Source: Sedimentisphaerales bacterium
GTDB lineage: Bacteria > Planctomycetota > Phycisphaerae > Sedimentisphaerales > Anaerobacaceae
DNA: 64,000 bases
NCBI GenBank assembly: GCA_040772485.1
Contig: JAXGYC010000009.1
Location: forward strand, 352,001-416,000
Reading direction: 5' to 3'
Position numbers and translations under genes: made by a program. The notes under the pieces are model-generated. The model was not told where the DNA came from, did not search any database, and was given only the letters and a program-made list of their open reading frames with translations. This document shows positions 17,901 to 27,612 of the stretch, piece by piece (within the stretch, counting starts at the first letter, position 1; every line of letters begins with the position of its first letter).

Positions 17901-19491
17901 CTCTGCCGACGGCGCGAGTCTCTATGTGACGGCGGGCATGCCAGACGGGATGGTTCTGGTTATCAATTCACAGACGGGCGCCACGCGGGCGAGGATTCCC
18001 GCCGGGCATAGTCCGACGGCGCCGGTGCTCAGCCCTGACGGGGGCACGCTTTTCGTATGCGACCGGTTCCGTTCGCGGCTGCTGGCCATCGACCTGGCCG
18101 CACAGACGATCAGGGGCGAGTTGCCTGTCGGTCGCGAGCCTGTCGCGGCCGCTTTGACGCCGGATGGTCGTCGCGTACTGGTCGCGAATCTGCTGCCCGC
18201 CGGGCCGGCCACGAGTCCGCGTGTCGCGGCCGAAGTGGTCGCGGTCAATGCCGCCGATCTGACGCTCGCCGGCCGCATCGGATTGCCCAACGGAAGCACA
18301 TCCGTCCGGGGGATTTGTGCATCTCCTGATGGTAGATACGCCTACGTCGTCCACATTCTGGCCCATTTCCAACTGCCCACAACGCAGGTCGATCGCGGCT
18401 GGATGAACGCCAGCGCCCTGAGCATCGTCGAAATCCCCTCGTGGCGCCGGCTCGCCACCGTGCTGCTGGACGACGTGGATCGCGGCGCCGCCAATCCCTG
18501 GGACGTGGCCTGCGCCAACGAGGGCCGGTGGCTCTGCGTGAGCCATTCGGGCACACATGAGGTGAGCATCATCGATCGGCTCGCCCTGCATCGCAAGCTC
18601 GACCGAGTTGCCGCCGGATCGGAGGACGTGTCGAGCGATCTGTCGTTCCTCCTGGACCTACGCCGGCGCGTTCGCCTGCCGGGCAGGGGACCGCGCGGCG
18701 TCGCAGTCGTCGGACAGACACTCTATGTCGCCGAGTACTTCTCTGATTCCGTGGCCACCGTCGATCTGGGCGCGGACTTTGCGGACACACCGGCGTCGAT
18801 TCCGCTGGGGCCGACGGCTGGTACAACTGATGTGCAGCGGGGAGAAATGCTCTTCCATGACGCCGACCTGTGCTTCCAGGGCTGGCAGAGCTGCGCCAGT
18901 TGCCACCCCGACGCGCGTGCCGACGGCCTCAACTGGGATCTGCTCAATGATGGTCTGGGCACGCCGAAGAACACCAAGAGTATGTTGTGGTCGCATCGCA
19001 CGCCGCCGGCGATGAGCCTCGGCGTTCGGGAAACCGCCGAGGCCGCCGTTCGCGCCGGGCTGCACCACATTCAGTTCGTGGTGCGCCCGGAGGCCGATGC
19101 TGCCGCCATCGATGCGTACCTCAAATCCATCGAGCCCCTTCCGAGCCCGTACGCCGACGACCGCGACCTCATCGCCCAGGCCCGAAGAGGGAAGCTCGTC
19201 TTTGAGAAGGCCGGCTGCCAGGAATGTCACCCTGCGCCTCTCTACACGTCGCTGGCGTCCTATGACGTAGGGGCGAGTGATTATTCGCTCGCACCCGGCC
19301 GGGCCGGCGAGGCCTTTGACACGCCCACGCTGGTCGAGCTGTGGCGCACCGCGCCCTACCTTCACGACGGCCGGGCCGCCACCCTCGAAGAAGTGCTGAC
19401 CAAGTTCAATCCCGAGGACCGCCATGGCAAGACCTCGAACCTGAGCGAGAAGGAGATCGACGACCTGACCGCATTCCTGCTGTCTCTGTGA
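14953..19491 (+). CDS. Multi-haem fusion protein: HzsA-like region + YVTN-type beta-propeller + di-haem cytochrome c peroxidase-like domain
   Basis: HzsA-like motifs 'RDPDVSWDG', 'DGRVVYTRWEY', 'MNPDGTGQ', 'VHPDGSAFF..PA..PVYFQ', 'SCLGCHE', 'IQPILDRHCTSCH'; propeller repeats from ~aa 935; 'SCASCHPD...DGLNWDL', 'CQECH', 'FDTPTL.ELWRTAPYLHDG'. RBS GAGGAG. Confidence 0.8.
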   Translation: MGTFRSHGGSGKRELADGLGRLRRGLHRQACACRCHTLVVIAVLTLGAQTSANQADSWQAAVLEAQAQAASLDPGSDAFTAAAEELSVRSEREFPMQWDWCLQDAGPDFGRWLSASAASATARQAADKAIAELGAEGSDLRNDFDRLVSQSTPAESGRWFELYLRAAGVRREMRLRTLHRQYPQWVFTKHCILGGSHYAYTEGQSDAQHERQFEPGAALCRLEIEGDRCTVRTLIDDPNGVIRDPDVSWDGRHVLFAWKKSDRQDDYHLHEMEVATGSIRQLTHGLGFADYEGVYLPNDDIVFNSTRCVQTVDCWWTEVSNLYTCDRDGRYLRRLAFDQVHDNFPTVMPDGRVVYTRWEYSDRGQLFVQGLFQMNPDGTGQTEFYGNNSWFPTSLLHARGIPGTQKVVATFSGHHTLQVGKLGIVDPARGRQENSGARLIAPVRETPAERIDYYGQDGELFQYPYPLSESEFVVACAPLGWSRNPTRFKLYWIAADGRRELLAADPDVSCNQAVPLAARPRPLVRPSLVDYSKTTGTCYLQDIYAGPGLEGVARGTIQKLRVIALDYRAAGMGWNYNAGPAGDALVCTPAAIGNGSWDVKIVLGDATVHPDGSAFFNLPARTPVYFQVIDARGYAAQTMRSWLTVQPGENVSCLGCHESKNSTLPAQARPSKAFAAGPQDLAPFQGPPRGFSFSREIQPILDRHCTSCHNDTERWQERLGRATARVTLESQAASCGMGFQPMKHQQDADAKKNRGQNARDTQGRDALATEVAFSLCSTPVTESLAKRQWSASYLALVQATQKTLEGHLYLAGTSNALVNWISAQSVPDMLPAYSAGAARSRLLSLLAEGHYDAQVTAEEIERIACWIDLQVPFCGDYQEASQWTREEQQRYEHFLAKRRRMEELERRHIAAWLSAHKPKTQTPAPGSSDKDAHLSPLAMAVNASGKELYIVAAAGRQILVVDRATCSVRRKIDLTEAPSGVAISADGASLYVTAGMPDGMVLVINSQTGATRARIPAGHSPTAPVLSPDGGTLFVCDRFRSRLLAIDLAAQTIRGELPVGREPVAAALTPDGRRVLVANLLPAGPATSPRVAAEVVAVNAADLTLAGRIGLPNGSTSVRGICASPDGRYAYVVHILAHFQLPTTQVDRGWMNASALSIVEIPSWRRLATVLLDDVDRGAANPWDVACANEGRWLCVSHSGTHEVSIIDRLALHRKLDRVAAGSEDVSSDLSFLLDLRRRVRLPGRGPRGVAVVGQTLYVAEYFSDSVATVDLGADFADTPASIPLGPTAGTTDVQRGEMLFHDADLCFQGWQSCASCHPDARADGLNWDLLNDGLGTPKNTKSMLWSHRTPPAMSLGVRETAEAAVRAGLHHIQFVVRPEADAAAIDAYLKSIEPLPSPYADDRDLIAQARRGKLVFEKAGCQECHPAPLYTSLASYDVGASDYSLAPGRAGEAFDTPTLVELWRTAPYLHDGRAATLEEVLTKFNPEDRHGKTSNLSEKEIDDLTAFLLSL
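14975..15060. repeat. 31-bp inverted repeat (REPIN-like doublet) with 24-nt loop
   Basis: gtggcagcggcaagcgcgagcttgccgatgg (14975-15005) vs ccatcggcaagcttgcgcttgccgctgccac (15030-15060); one mismatch. Confidence 0.85.
17155..17258. repeat. Cluster of REP-like short palindromes, in-frame within the haem protein
   Basis: tgtggcatgggcttccagcccatg...gcaggatgccgatgcca...cgcgggcagaatgctcgcgacac...aagggcgggacgccctcgccac. Confidence 0.65.
19267..19294 (+). repeat. Degenerate REP palindrome, family A (in-frame in the di-haem domain)
   Basis: gtaggggcgagtgattattcgctcgcac, encodes VGASDYSLA. Confidence 0.65.
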
Positions 19492-19497
19492 CCGCAA

Positions 19498-19536
19498 GTG
19501 TCCGAATCCGGGCGCGCCGATCCCAAAACCGGGCGC
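19498..19536 (+). promoter_or_regulatory. Candidate enhancer (UAS) pair for a sigma54 activator
   Basis: tccgaatccgggcgc (19501-19515) and cccaaaaccgggcgc (19522-19536), 21 bp apart, upstream of the -24/-12 promoter. Confidence 0.5.
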
Positions 19537-19585
19537 GGACGCAAAGGTCCAGACGCCTGTCGGGCCTTACGGTGCGGTCCTCGCC

Positions 19586-19601
19586 TGGCACACTGTTTGC
19601 A
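19586..19601 (+). promoter_or_regulatory. sigma54 (-24/-12) promoter for the permease array
   Basis: TGGCAC-ACTGT-TTGCA exactly matches TGGCAC-N5-TTGC(A/T); lies 125 bp upstream of the first permease. Confidence 0.85.
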
Positions 19602-19640
19602 TACCCTCCACGCGAAGACGGTGCGACTGCAGAGAAGAAG

Positions 19641-19725
19641 GAGTTGACAGTTCACAGTTGGCAGTTCGCGGCGAAATGCGACCGCGGTGAACTGACAACT
19701 GGGAACTGAGAACTGGAGTCATACA
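19641..19725 (+). repeat. Inverted-heptamer junction element J0
   Basis: gagtt gacagtt cacagtt ggcagtt...aactgac aactggg aactgag aactgga g, ending at the RBS. Confidence 0.85.
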
Positions 19726-22224
19726 ATGACGACACTCTGGCAGGACATTCGATATGGCGTGCGGATGCTGGCGAAGAATCGCGGGTTCACGGCCATTGCG
19801 CTGGTGACGCTGGCGATCGGCATCGGGGCCAACACGATCATGTTCAGCATCGTGAACCTGTTTCTCTTTCGCCCGGTGCAGGTGAAGGAGCCGGATCGAT
19901 TAGTGGGGTGCAGCACTCGCGACGTTCTCCACTTCATTTCGTACGAGACTTACCTTGACATACGCGCCGACAATCCGGCGTTTAGCGAGGTGGTGGCCAC
20001 TGACTGGGGGCTCGGGCTCGTCACCATGGTCTGGGGGGACATCACGAAGCGCGCACACACGATGCAGGTCTCCTCCAACTATTTCTCCACATTGGGCGTG
20101 GCCCCCGCGCGGGGACGGTTCTTCTCGCCGGAAGAGGAACGGATGGGCGCCGAGGCGATCGCCATACTCAGCCATCACCTGTGGGAGCTGCGCGGCGCCG
20201 ATCCTGAGATCGTGGGCCAACTCATTACGTTGAACGGCACGCCGTTTCGGATTATTGGTGTCGCGCCGAAAGGGTTTACCGGCACATCGCTCGTCGGTCC
20301 GGATTTATGGCTACCTTTGGGCAGCACGCCCCACCTGGATGCCCGAAACACCGATTACCCTTTGATTGCCCTGGTGGGGCGGCTTCGCCCGGGACTGAGC
20401 ATGGCGGCAGCGCAGGTGCGTCTCCAGTCCCTTGTTCCTCGCTTGAAGAGCAGTTTTCCAAAGGCATTCAAACGTGGTCGCGGCGTTCTGCGTCTCTATC
20501 CTCTGCCTCGCCTGACCAACGGCGGCGGCGAGCATGAGAGAGAGGGGTTGTCCGTCGCCAGCTTGTTCCTGATGGGGGTATCGGGCGTTGTCCTGCTCAT
20601 TGCTTGCCTGAACCTGGCGAACATGGTCGTCGTTCAGGGAAGTACCCGACATCGAGAAATGGCCATTCGCATGGCCATCGGCGGGGGGCGTCTGCGCGTC
20701 GTGCGTCAATTGCTCATCGAGTCGCTCCTTCTCTCGCTGCTTGGAGGGGTGTGCGGGTTGATTCTGGCCTTCTGGGGAACGCGTCTCCTCAACGCGTGGA
20801 TTGTCGCCATGCCGATGCCTTTGGATATCGCCGGCGCATCGCACCTTGTTCTCGACGTCCGGGTATTGACCGCAACGCTGGGCTTCTGTCTGCTGGCGAC
20901 GTTGCTGTTCGGTCTCAAACCCGCTCTGCGTCTGTCCCGGCGGGACCTCATCACCGATCTGAAAGAATCCGGCCGTGAGATGACTCGTTCGCCTGTCGCG
21001 AGAAGGCGGTTTCTGCCGCGCGGCGTTTCCGTCGTGGGCCAGATCGCGCTGTCCGTCATGCTGATGATGGGAGCGATATTGTTTACGCGAAGTTCGCTGT
21101 ACGTCGTGCGTCTCAATCCGGCCGACAGCCTTCGCGGCAAGGTGCTCGTTGAGATCGCCCCGGGGGCCACCCAACACGATCCAGCCCGCAGCATGCAAGC
21201 GTGCGAGACCCTGACGGAGCGTCTGGGGGCTGTACCTGGGGTCAAGGCGGTCGCCTGGTCCAGTTCGTTCCCGTTCGGAGACGGCGCGGGCATCTGCTGG
21301 GACTTTCGGGAATACACCCCGGCGTTTGCGAACGACGATTCCGAAACGCCGCGACGGCAGGGGGCGCCTGCGTGCTATGATGTTGGAGTGGATTATACCA
21401 AGGCGATGGCGCTTCCCTTGTTGCAGGGCCGGGCCTTTCATCCGCTTGACATGACGCCCGGCGCAGAGAGAGTCGCCATCATCGATGAACAACTGGCGCG
21501 CAAGCTCCGTCCGGATGGCAATGCTCTCGGTTGCTTGATCCAGTACAGCGAGTGGAAATACTTCGAGCCGCCTTGCCGGGTGGTGGGAATCGTGCCCCAT
21601 CTGCGGGTGCTTTCGGACGACCGGCTGGACCGCGCGCAGTTCTATGTGCCGATGACGCCCAGCCATATGCCGACCTACATCCATCTATTGGCGGCCGTCG
21701 ACAATCGCCAAGCCGAGGCGGCGGTGTTCCAGGCAATCCGTGCGGAGGTCCGCCAAGTGACGCCGGACCTGCCGGTCCTGGCGGTCACTACCTTGGCGGC
21801 GTGTTGTCGCGACAACTTCTCCGTCTGGTTGATTGAATTGGGGGCGAAGCTGGCGGCCGCCTTCGGTATTATGGCCCTGTTCCTGGCGTCTCTGGGGATC
21901 TACGCGGTCAAGGGGTACATGGTGGCTTCGCGGACGCCGGAGATCGGCATCCGCAAGGCCCTCGGGGCGACGCACTGGGACATCATGCAGATGGTTTTTC
22001 GCGAAGGCCTGGTGCTGACGGTGGTGGGGTTGATCCTTGGGTTGGCCATCGGCCTCGGCGTCGCGCGGCTGATCGCCAGTCTGCTCTATGGCGTCGAGCC
22101 GGTGGATCCCGTCAGCATCGCTGCAACCGTATTCTTGCTTGCCGCCGTCTCCCTCCTGGCCGGCTACATCCCTGCGCGCCGGGCGGCGAAGGTCGATCCG
22201 ATGGTGGCGTTGCGGCATGAATGA
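19726..22224 (+). CDS. MacB/ADOP-type duplicated ABC permease P1
   Basis: '[11 protein letters not shown]', 'LAIGIGANT', '[10 protein letters not shown]', '[10 protein letters not shown]', '[10 protein letters not shown]', '[17 protein letters not shown]'. Confidence 0.92.
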   Translation: MTTLWQDIRYGVRMLAKNRGFTAIALVTLAIGIGANTIMFSIVNLFLFRPVQVKEPDRLVGCSTRDVLHFISYETYLDIRADNPAFSEVVATDWGLGLVTMVWGDITKRAHTMQVSSNYFSTLGVAPARGRFFSPEEERMGAEAIAILSHHLWELRGADPEIVGQLITLNGTPFRIIGVAPKGFTGTSLVGPDLWLPLGSTPHLDARNTDYPLIALVGRLRPGLSMAAAQVRLQSLVPRLKSSFPKAFKRGRGVLRLYPLPRLTNGGGEHEREGLSVASLFLMGVSGVVLLIACLNLANMVVVQGSTRHREMAIRMAIGGGRLRVVRQLLIESLLLSLLGGVCGLILAFWGTRLLNAWIVAMPMPLDIAGASHLVLDVRVLTATLGFCLLATLLFGLKPALRLSRRDLITDLKESGREMTRSPVARRRFLPRGVSVVGQIALSVMLMMGAILFTRSSLYVVRLNPADSLRGKVLVEIAPGATQHDPARSMQACETLTERLGAVPGVKAVAWSSSFPFGDGAGICWDFREYTPAFANDDSETPRRQGAPACYDVGVDYTKAMALPLLQGRAFHPLDMTPGAERVAIIDEQLARKLRPDGNALGCLIQYSEWKYFEPPCRVVGIVPHLRVLSDDRLDRAQFYVPMTPSHMPTYIHLLAAVDNRQAEAAVFQAIRAEVRQVTPDLPVLAVTTLAACCRDNFSVWLIELGAKLAAAFGIMALFLASLGIYAVKGYMVASRTPEIGIRKALGATHWDIMQMVFREGLVLTVVGLILGLAIGLGVARLIASLLYGVEPVDPVSIAATVFLLAAVSLLAGYIPARRAAKVDPMVALRHE

Positions 22225-22355
22225 AAGAGAGTTCACAGTGGACGGTTGCCAGTTGGCAGAAAGAACGGGCGATTGTGGCAGGGCAACTGGGAACTGATAA
22301 CTGTCAACCGATAACTGAGAGCTGGCAACTGAGAACCGAGAACTGGAGTTGTGCA
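22225..22355 (+). repeat. Inverted-heptamer junction element J1
   Basis: Left (NNCAGTT)-like arm; right arm of ~9 AACTGNN units ending in GGAG. Confidence 0.85.
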
Positions 22356-24884
22356 ATGACGACGTTGTGGCAAGATGTACGGTATGGCCTTCGCATGTTG
22401 CGGAAGAGCCCCGGGTTCACGGCAATTGCCTTGATTACTCTGGCGCTTGGCATCGGGGCCAACACGATCACGTTCAGTCTGGTCAACGCACTATTGTTGC
22501 GTCCCGCGCACGTGAAGGAACCGGAACGACTGGCGGGCTGTCGGTCTCGCGGCCTTCTTTACTGGTTTCGTTACGCTGACTATGTGGATCTGCGTGACAG
22601 CAACCCGATCTTCAGCGACCTCATGGCCCACGGCTGGGGCGGGGAGTCTGTCATGCTGCAGCGTGGAGACAGCACCCGGTGGGCCTCCGCGATGTTTGTA
22701 TCCGCGACTTACTTCTCCACCCTGGGAGTGATGCCCGCACGAGGGCGAGGTTTCTGGCCGGAGGAGGAGCGGATGGGGGCGGAGCCGGTCGTTGTTCTGA
22801 GCCACCGCGCCTGGCAGCGACAAGGTGGCGATCCGAAGATCGTGGGAACGCAGGTGTCCATTAACGGCATATTCTGTCAGGTGATCGGTGTCGCCCCGGA
22901 ACGGTTCACGGGAACGGCGCTGATCGGACCGGACTTGTGGCTTCCCCTGGGGACCCACGGCCTTGTGACCAGATATGCTCTCTGGAGCAACGTGAGCAAG
23001 GCCACGCCGGCTGACTTCGCAAGCGATGATTGGAATTATCCCCCGCTGCTGATGGTCGGACGGCTCAAACCCGGCCTGGGCTGGTCCGCCGCCGAGGCGC
23101 GCCTGCCGGCTCTAACTTCGCGCCTCAACGAAAGGTCTCCGGACCGAAGGGTGATGAGGGGCACACTCTGCCTCCATCGGGTGGGCAAGTTGAATGCATA
23201 CGGGGGCAGTGACCAGAAGGTGGTGTCCGGCGGCAGCCTGTTCCTGATGGGGGTATCCGCGATTATCTTGCTCATCGCCTGCATGAATCTGGCAAACATG
23301 TACGTGATCCAGGGCGCTTCCAGGCATCGCGAGATCGCCATTCGCATGGCCATCGGCGGAGGGCGGATGCGGCTCATACGCCAGTTCTTCATCGAATCCC
23401 TCCTGCTGGCGTTGCTCGGGGGGACCTTGGGACTGGTCCTCGCCTTCTGGGGTGTGAAGGTCATGAATGTCCTGTTGGCGGCGCTCTGGTTTTCCGTCGA
23501 GACAGGCCTTGCCGTGGAAACGGGCATCGATGCGCGTGTCGTCGGGGCAACGCTGGGCTTCTGTCTGGTCGCGGCGCTGCTATCGGGGCTGCGCCCCGCC
23601 CTGCGGCTGTCCCGGCGCGATATCATCGATGATCTCAAAGAGTCCAGGGGCAGTGCTCTGCGACCGGCCGCGCGAGCACGGCGAATCATGCCTCGCGGCC
23701 TGTCCATCGCTTGCCAGGTTGCTCTATCCGTCGTGCTCGTGATGACCGCCAGCCTGCTCACTCACAGCGCGTGGACGGCTGCCCATATGACCCCCGGCTA
23801 CAGCTTCGACGATAAGCTGCTGATCGAGATGGAGCCGCGTCGAGTGGGGTATGATCGTGCCGAAAACATGCAAGTTTGTGAGCGCCTCATGGACCACCTG
23901 AGAACCCTGCCGGGGGTCCAGGCCGTCGGCCTGTCCACGTCCAAGCCCTTCGAGGATAGAGGCAAGGCCATCTGCGAGTACGGGGCAGACTCGGATGGCG
24001 AAGCCGGCGGGGAGGGACGGTGGATCCACAGCGGCGTTCGACCCATTGGCGGGGACTACCTTGAGGCCATAGGACTGCCGCTTCTACGGGGCCGCCACTT
24101 CAGCCGTGTCGAAAGAGCCACCGACGCTCCGGTCGTCATCATCGACGAGGTGCAGGCCCGCCGGCTTCGACGGGATGGCAACGCGCTGGGTTGCCTGATC
24201 TCCGGGCTCGGCCCCGCGCCACGGGAAGTCATCGGAATCGTGCCCAGCCTGCGGAGTTCCCTGTTTGAGACGGAGGTTTCTGCCCACGTCTATACACCGA
24301 TCGGACGAGACCTGGAGTCGTTCGACCACCCTATCTATATCAATATTCGAACTACGGGCAAGGTGCCCGGGGGCCAGACAGCCCTGTTGCAGAACATCCG
24401 GGAAGGAATTCGCAGGGTGGAGCCCCACGTGGCGATCCTGTCGGCGCTAACTCTCTCGGACCATCATCGCCAGAGTCGTGACGTGAGGCGGGTACGGCTG
24501 GTGGCGGGTCTGGCCATGGCGTTTGGGGCAACGGCGTTGTTTCTGGCGGCCCTGGGGATCTACGCGGTCAAGGGTTATACGGTCGCCGCCCGGACGCCGG
24601 AGATTGGGATTCGCATGGCCCTGGGCGCCACCAGCGGCGAGATTCTGAGACTGGTGCTCCGCGAAGGCGTCACGTTGACCCTGGCCGGATTGTCCGCTGG
24701 GATGCTGCTGGCATCCGGCGCCGCGCGTGTGACGAGGCATGCCCTCTTCGGTGTCGATCCCTTCGACCCGGCAAGTATTGCCGTGACCACGGCTCTGCTC
24801 GGAGGCGCCTCACTGCTGGCCTGCTGGCTGCCCGCCCGCCGGGCGGCGCGGATCGATCCGATGGTGGCGTTGCGACATGAATGA
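22356..24884 (+). CDS. MacB/ADOP-type ABC permease P2
   Basis: Same motif set as P1; start MTTLWQD at 22356 by paralogue comparison (ORF track starts at 22221). Confidence 0.92.
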   Translation: MTTLWQDVRYGLRMLRKSPGFTAIALITLALGIGANTITFSLVNALLLRPAHVKEPERLAGCRSRGLLYWFRYADYVDLRDSNPIFSDLMAHGWGGESVMLQRGDSTRWASAMFVSATYFSTLGVMPARGRGFWPEEERMGAEPVVVLSHRAWQRQGGDPKIVGTQVSINGIFCQVIGVAPERFTGTALIGPDLWLPLGTHGLVTRYALWSNVSKATPADFASDDWNYPPLLMVGRLKPGLGWSAAEARLPALTSRLNERSPDRRVMRGTLCLHRVGKLNAYGGSDQKVVSGGSLFLMGVSAIILLIACMNLANMYVIQGASRHREIAIRMAIGGGRMRLIRQFFIESLLLALLGGTLGLVLAFWGVKVMNVLLAALWFSVETGLAVETGIDARVVGATLGFCLVAALLSGLRPALRLSRRDIIDDLKESRGSALRPAARARRIMPRGLSIACQVALSVVLVMTASLLTHSAWTAAHMTPGYSFDDKLLIEMEPRRVGYDRAENMQVCERLMDHLRTLPGVQAVGLSTSKPFEDRGKAICEYGADSDGEAGGEGRWIHSGVRPIGGDYLEAIGLPLLRGRHFSRVERATDAPVVIIDEVQARRLRRDGNALGCLISGLGPAPREVIGIVPSLRSSLFETEVSAHVYTPIGRDLESFDHPIYINIRTTGKVPGGQTALLQNIREGIRRVEPHVAILSALTLSDHHRQSRDVRRVRLVAGLAMAFGATALFLAALGIYAVKGYTVAARTPEIGIRMALGATSGEILRLVLREGVTLTLAGLSAGMLLASGAARVTRHALFGVDPFDPASIAVTTALLGGASLLACWLPARRAARIDPMVALRHE

Positions 24885-25040
24885 GAACGAGTTGACAGTT
24901 CACGGTTGGCAGTTGTCGGCCGGGAACCAGGAACCTGCGAACTGACAACTGAGAACCGACAACTGAGAGCTGACAACTGACAACTGTCAACTGGCAACTG
25001 ATAGCTGACAACTGAGAACCGACAACTGGCAGGATCTGGC
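24885..25040 (+). repeat. Inverted-heptamer junction element J2
   Basis: Right arm has 13 consecutive heptamers (24940-25030). Confidence 0.9.
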
Positions 25041-26303
25041 ATGGACATCCCTCGAAAATCTGCGAAACGCATGAAAATGATCCGGCGGGGCGTGATCGCC
25101 ACGGTCGGGCTGATCGTGATCGCCGCGGTGACGGTGGGGCTGTCCCGGCTGGAGCCGGCGGCGCCGAGCGTGGATCGCCGCACGCTCTGGCTGGACACCG
25201 TCAAACGCGGCTCCATGTTGCGACAGGTGCGAGGCGTCGGCACCCTGGTCTCGGAGGACATCCTGGTCGTTCCCGCCCTGGTGAGCGGCCGCGTCACCTA
25301 CATCCGGGTCCTGCCGGGCGCCATCGTCGACGCCAACACCGTGATTCTGGAGCTGAGCAATCCCGATCTGGAGCGGGAACTGCTGGATGCCACCTCGCAA
25401 CTGAACTCGGCCAAGGCTAGGCTGAGCGCCCAGAGAACGAGTCTGCAAGATCAACTCCTTGGAAACGAAGCATCCTTGGCGCAATACCAGGCTTCTTGCG
25501 ACGAGGCCAGGCTCCGCGCCGAGGTCAACCAGAAGCAGTTCGAGCAGGATCTGATTCCCGAATTGGAACTGACGCTGTCCCAGACGAACGCCGAGCGGGC
25601 CAAGCGCCTTCTCGAAATCAACAAGAGACGCTTTGAGATGTTCGAGAAGGAGACGGTGCCGGCGCAGTTGGCCGAGTTGCAGGAATCGGTAAGCCAGGCC
25701 GAATCGCTCTGTGAGCTCAAGCGCCGACAGATCGAGTCCCTGAAAGTCAGGGCGGGAACGAACGGCGTGCTGGCTCAGGTCAAGGACAAGATCGAGCCGG
25801 GCCAGCAGATTGCGCCCGGAACGGTGCTGGCGCGCATCACGAACCCGACGCGTCTGAAGGCGCAGTTGAAGATCCCCGAAGTGCAGGCCCGCGATGTGCT
25901 CATCGGTTTGCTTGCGGAAGTGGACACGTACAACGGCACGGTCCAGGGCGCTGTCTCTCGTATCGATCCAACGGTGATCGAGGGCAACGTGACGGTGGAC
26001 ATCACGCTGAACGGCGCACTGCCCAAAGGCGCCCGGCCGGATCTCTCTGTGACCGGGACCATCGAAATCGAGCGGCTGGAGGACGCGCTCAACGTTGGAA
26101 GGCCCGTCTCGGCCTCGTCGGAGGGGGTCTCGGAACTCTTCAAGGTCGTCGAGGAGGGCAAGTACGCGATTCGGACGCGCGTGCGATTCGGCCGCGTCTC
26201 CGTCAGCACGATCGAGGTCCTCGAAGGGCTGGACGTCGGCGACGAGATCATCCTCAGCGACATGTCCCAATGGGACGGCCAGGACCGGCTGCGGCTGAAG
26301 TAG
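25041..26303 (+). CDS. Periplasmic adaptor / membrane fusion protein (MacA/HlyD-like)
   Basis: N-terminal TM anchor, 'VRGVGTLV', lipoyl half-motifs, coiled coil, 'RIDPTV', 'ARPDLSVTG', 'EVLEGLDVGDEIILS'. Confidence 0.9.
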   Translation: MDIPRKSAKRMKMIRRGVIATVGLIVIAAVTVGLSRLEPAAPSVDRRTLWLDTVKRGSMLRQVRGVGTLVSEDILVVPALVSGRVTYIRVLPGAIVDANTVILELSNPDLERELLDATSQLNSAKARLSAQRTSLQDQLLGNEASLAQYQASCDEARLRAEVNQKQFEQDLIPELELTLSQTNAERAKRLLEINKRRFEMFEKETVPAQLAELQESVSQAESLCELKRRQIESLKVRAGTNGVLAQVKDKIEPGQQIAPGTVLARITNPTRLKAQLKIPEVQARDVLIGLLAEVDTYNGTVQGAVSRIDPTVIEGNVTVDITLNGALPKGARPDLSVTGTIEIERLEDALNVGRPVSASSEGVSELFKVVEEGKYAIRTRVRFGRVSVSTIEVLEGLDVGDEIILSDMSQWDGQDRLRLK

Positions 26304-26305
26304 AC

Positions 26306-26340
26306 GTCAGTTGTCAGTTTCCAGTTGACGGTTGACAGTT
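26306..26340 (+). repeat. Left heptamer arm flanking the four-helix-bundle gene
   Basis: gtcagtt gtcagtt tccagtt gacggtt gacagtt. Confidence 0.9.
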
Positions 26341-26361
26341 GGAGGGGGAAGAGGAGAAGTC

Positions 26362-26751
26362 ATGAGAAGGAATAGCTACCGAGACTTGGAGGTTTGGAGG
26401 AAGAGCATGGACCTCGTGGTGCAATGCTATGAGGCGACACGCGCCTTTCCGGCAAGTGAGCAGTATGGTCTGACGGGTCAGGTTCAGAGGGCGGCCGTAT
26501 CAGTTCCTGCCAACATCGCCGAGGGGCAGGCTCGCGAGCACAAGAAGGAATTCCTTCACCACCTGTCCATCGCGCATGGGTCTGTGGCTGAATTGGAGAC
26601 CCATATCGAGATCGCAAGTCGGATCGGATACCTGAAGGTTGATGTGGCGCATCGTCTCTTCGGCCAAACTGAAGAAGTCGGCAGGATGATCAACGGCCTG
26701 CGGAGATCATTGCGTCAAGCTCGTCCGCAGAAGGGACAATCTGCCGACTGA
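26362..26751 (+). CDS. Four-helix-bundle protein (23S rRNA IVP / Avd-like family)
   Basis: 'SYRDLEVWRKSMDLV', 'FPASEQYGLTGQVQRAAVSVPANIAEG', 'EFLHHLSIAHGSVAELETH', 'RMINGL'; RBS GAGGAG. Confidence 0.93.
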   Translation: MRRNSYRDLEVWRKSMDLVVQCYEATRAFPASEQYGLTGQVQRAAVSVPANIAEGQAREHKKEFLHHLSIAHGSVAELETHIEIASRIGYLKVDVAHRLFGQTEEVGRMINGLRRSLRQARPQKGQSAD

Positions 26752-26801
26752 GTACTGCAAACTGGAAACTGAGAACTGAAAACTGAGAACTGGGAACTAT
26801 G
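26746..26801 (+). repeat. Right heptamer arm flanking the four-helix-bundle gene
   Basis: gactgag tactgca aactgga aactgag aactgaa aactgag aactggg aactatg; includes the gene's TGA. Confidence 0.9.
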
Positions 26802-26803
26802 AC

Positions 26804-27553
26804 ATGGCAGAATCGAACGATGCATTGATCCGTGTGGAAGGCATGCACAAGGTTTTTGTCACGGAGGAGGTGGAGACCCACGCCTTGGCGGGGATTCATC
26901 TGTGCGTGTCGAAAGGCGAGTACGTTTCGATCGCGGGACCTTCGGGTTGCGGCAAATCGACGCTGCTGGCCATCCTGGGCCTGTTGGACTCGCCGACGGA
27001 AGGCGGCTACTGGCTCAACGGCCATCCCGTGGCGGACCTGTCGGCCTCGCAGCGTGCCCGGATCCGCAATCGTGAGGTCGGGTTCATCTTCCAGAGCTTC
27101 AACCTGATCGGCGATCTGACGGTGTTCGAGAACGTGGAGCTGCCGCTGACCTATCGTGGCATGTCGTCGTCCGAGCGGAAGAAGCGATCGTTGGACGCGC
27201 TGGAGAAGGTCGGGATGAGCCATCGGACCAAGCACTACCCGGCCCAGCTCTCCGGCGGTCAGCAGCAGCGCGTCGCGGTGGCGCGCGCCGTGGTGGGCGA
27301 TCCGTCGATCGTTCTGGCCGACGAGCCGACGGGAAACCTCGACTCGACCAACAGCGAAGCCGTGATGGCACTGCTGGCCGGCCTCCATCGCGACGGTGCG
27401 ACAATCTGCATGGTCACGCACGATCCCCGCTACGCCCGCCACGCCAGCCGCACCGTGCACCTGTTCGACGGCCGGATCGTCGAAGAGGAAGAGGCCGCCC
27501 GCAGGGAGCAGGAAGCCCGAGAGCTCAACAAGAGCGGCTTCGACGTGGCGTAG
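26804..27553 (+). CDS. ABC transporter ATP-binding protein (LolD/MacB-type)
   Basis: 'GPSGCGKST', 'GFIFQSFNL', 'LSGGQQQR', '[10 protein letters not shown]', 'VTHD'. Confidence 0.95.
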   Translation: MAESNDALIRVEGMHKVFVTEEVETHALAGIHLCVSKGEYVSIAGPSGCGKSTLLAILGLLDSPTEGGYWLNGHPVADLSASQRARIRNREVGFIFQSFNLIGDLTVFENVELPLTYRGMSSSERKKRSLDALEKVGMSHRTKHYPAQLSGGQQQRVAVARAVVGDPSIVLADEPTGNLDSTNSEAVMALLAGLHRDGATICMVTHDPRYARHASRTVHLFDGRIVEEEEAARREQEARELNKSGFDVA

Positions 27554-27612
27554 TCGGCATGAGTGGCAGATTGCCAATGTGGGCGCAGGCACGGACACGG
27601 AAAGGACGTGAG

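Noticed and set aside
14953..19491. Bona fide anammox hydrazine synthase
   Set aside because: Only domain-level resemblance; no other anammox genes, and the context is saccharolytic.
26362..26751. Diversity-generating retroelement (Avd-like gene)
   Set aside because: No reverse transcriptase and no template/variable repeat pair differing at adenines.
26362..26751. 23S rRNA with intervening sequence
   Set aside because: Flanks are protein-coding; no rRNA or tRNA sequence recognised anywhere in the window.
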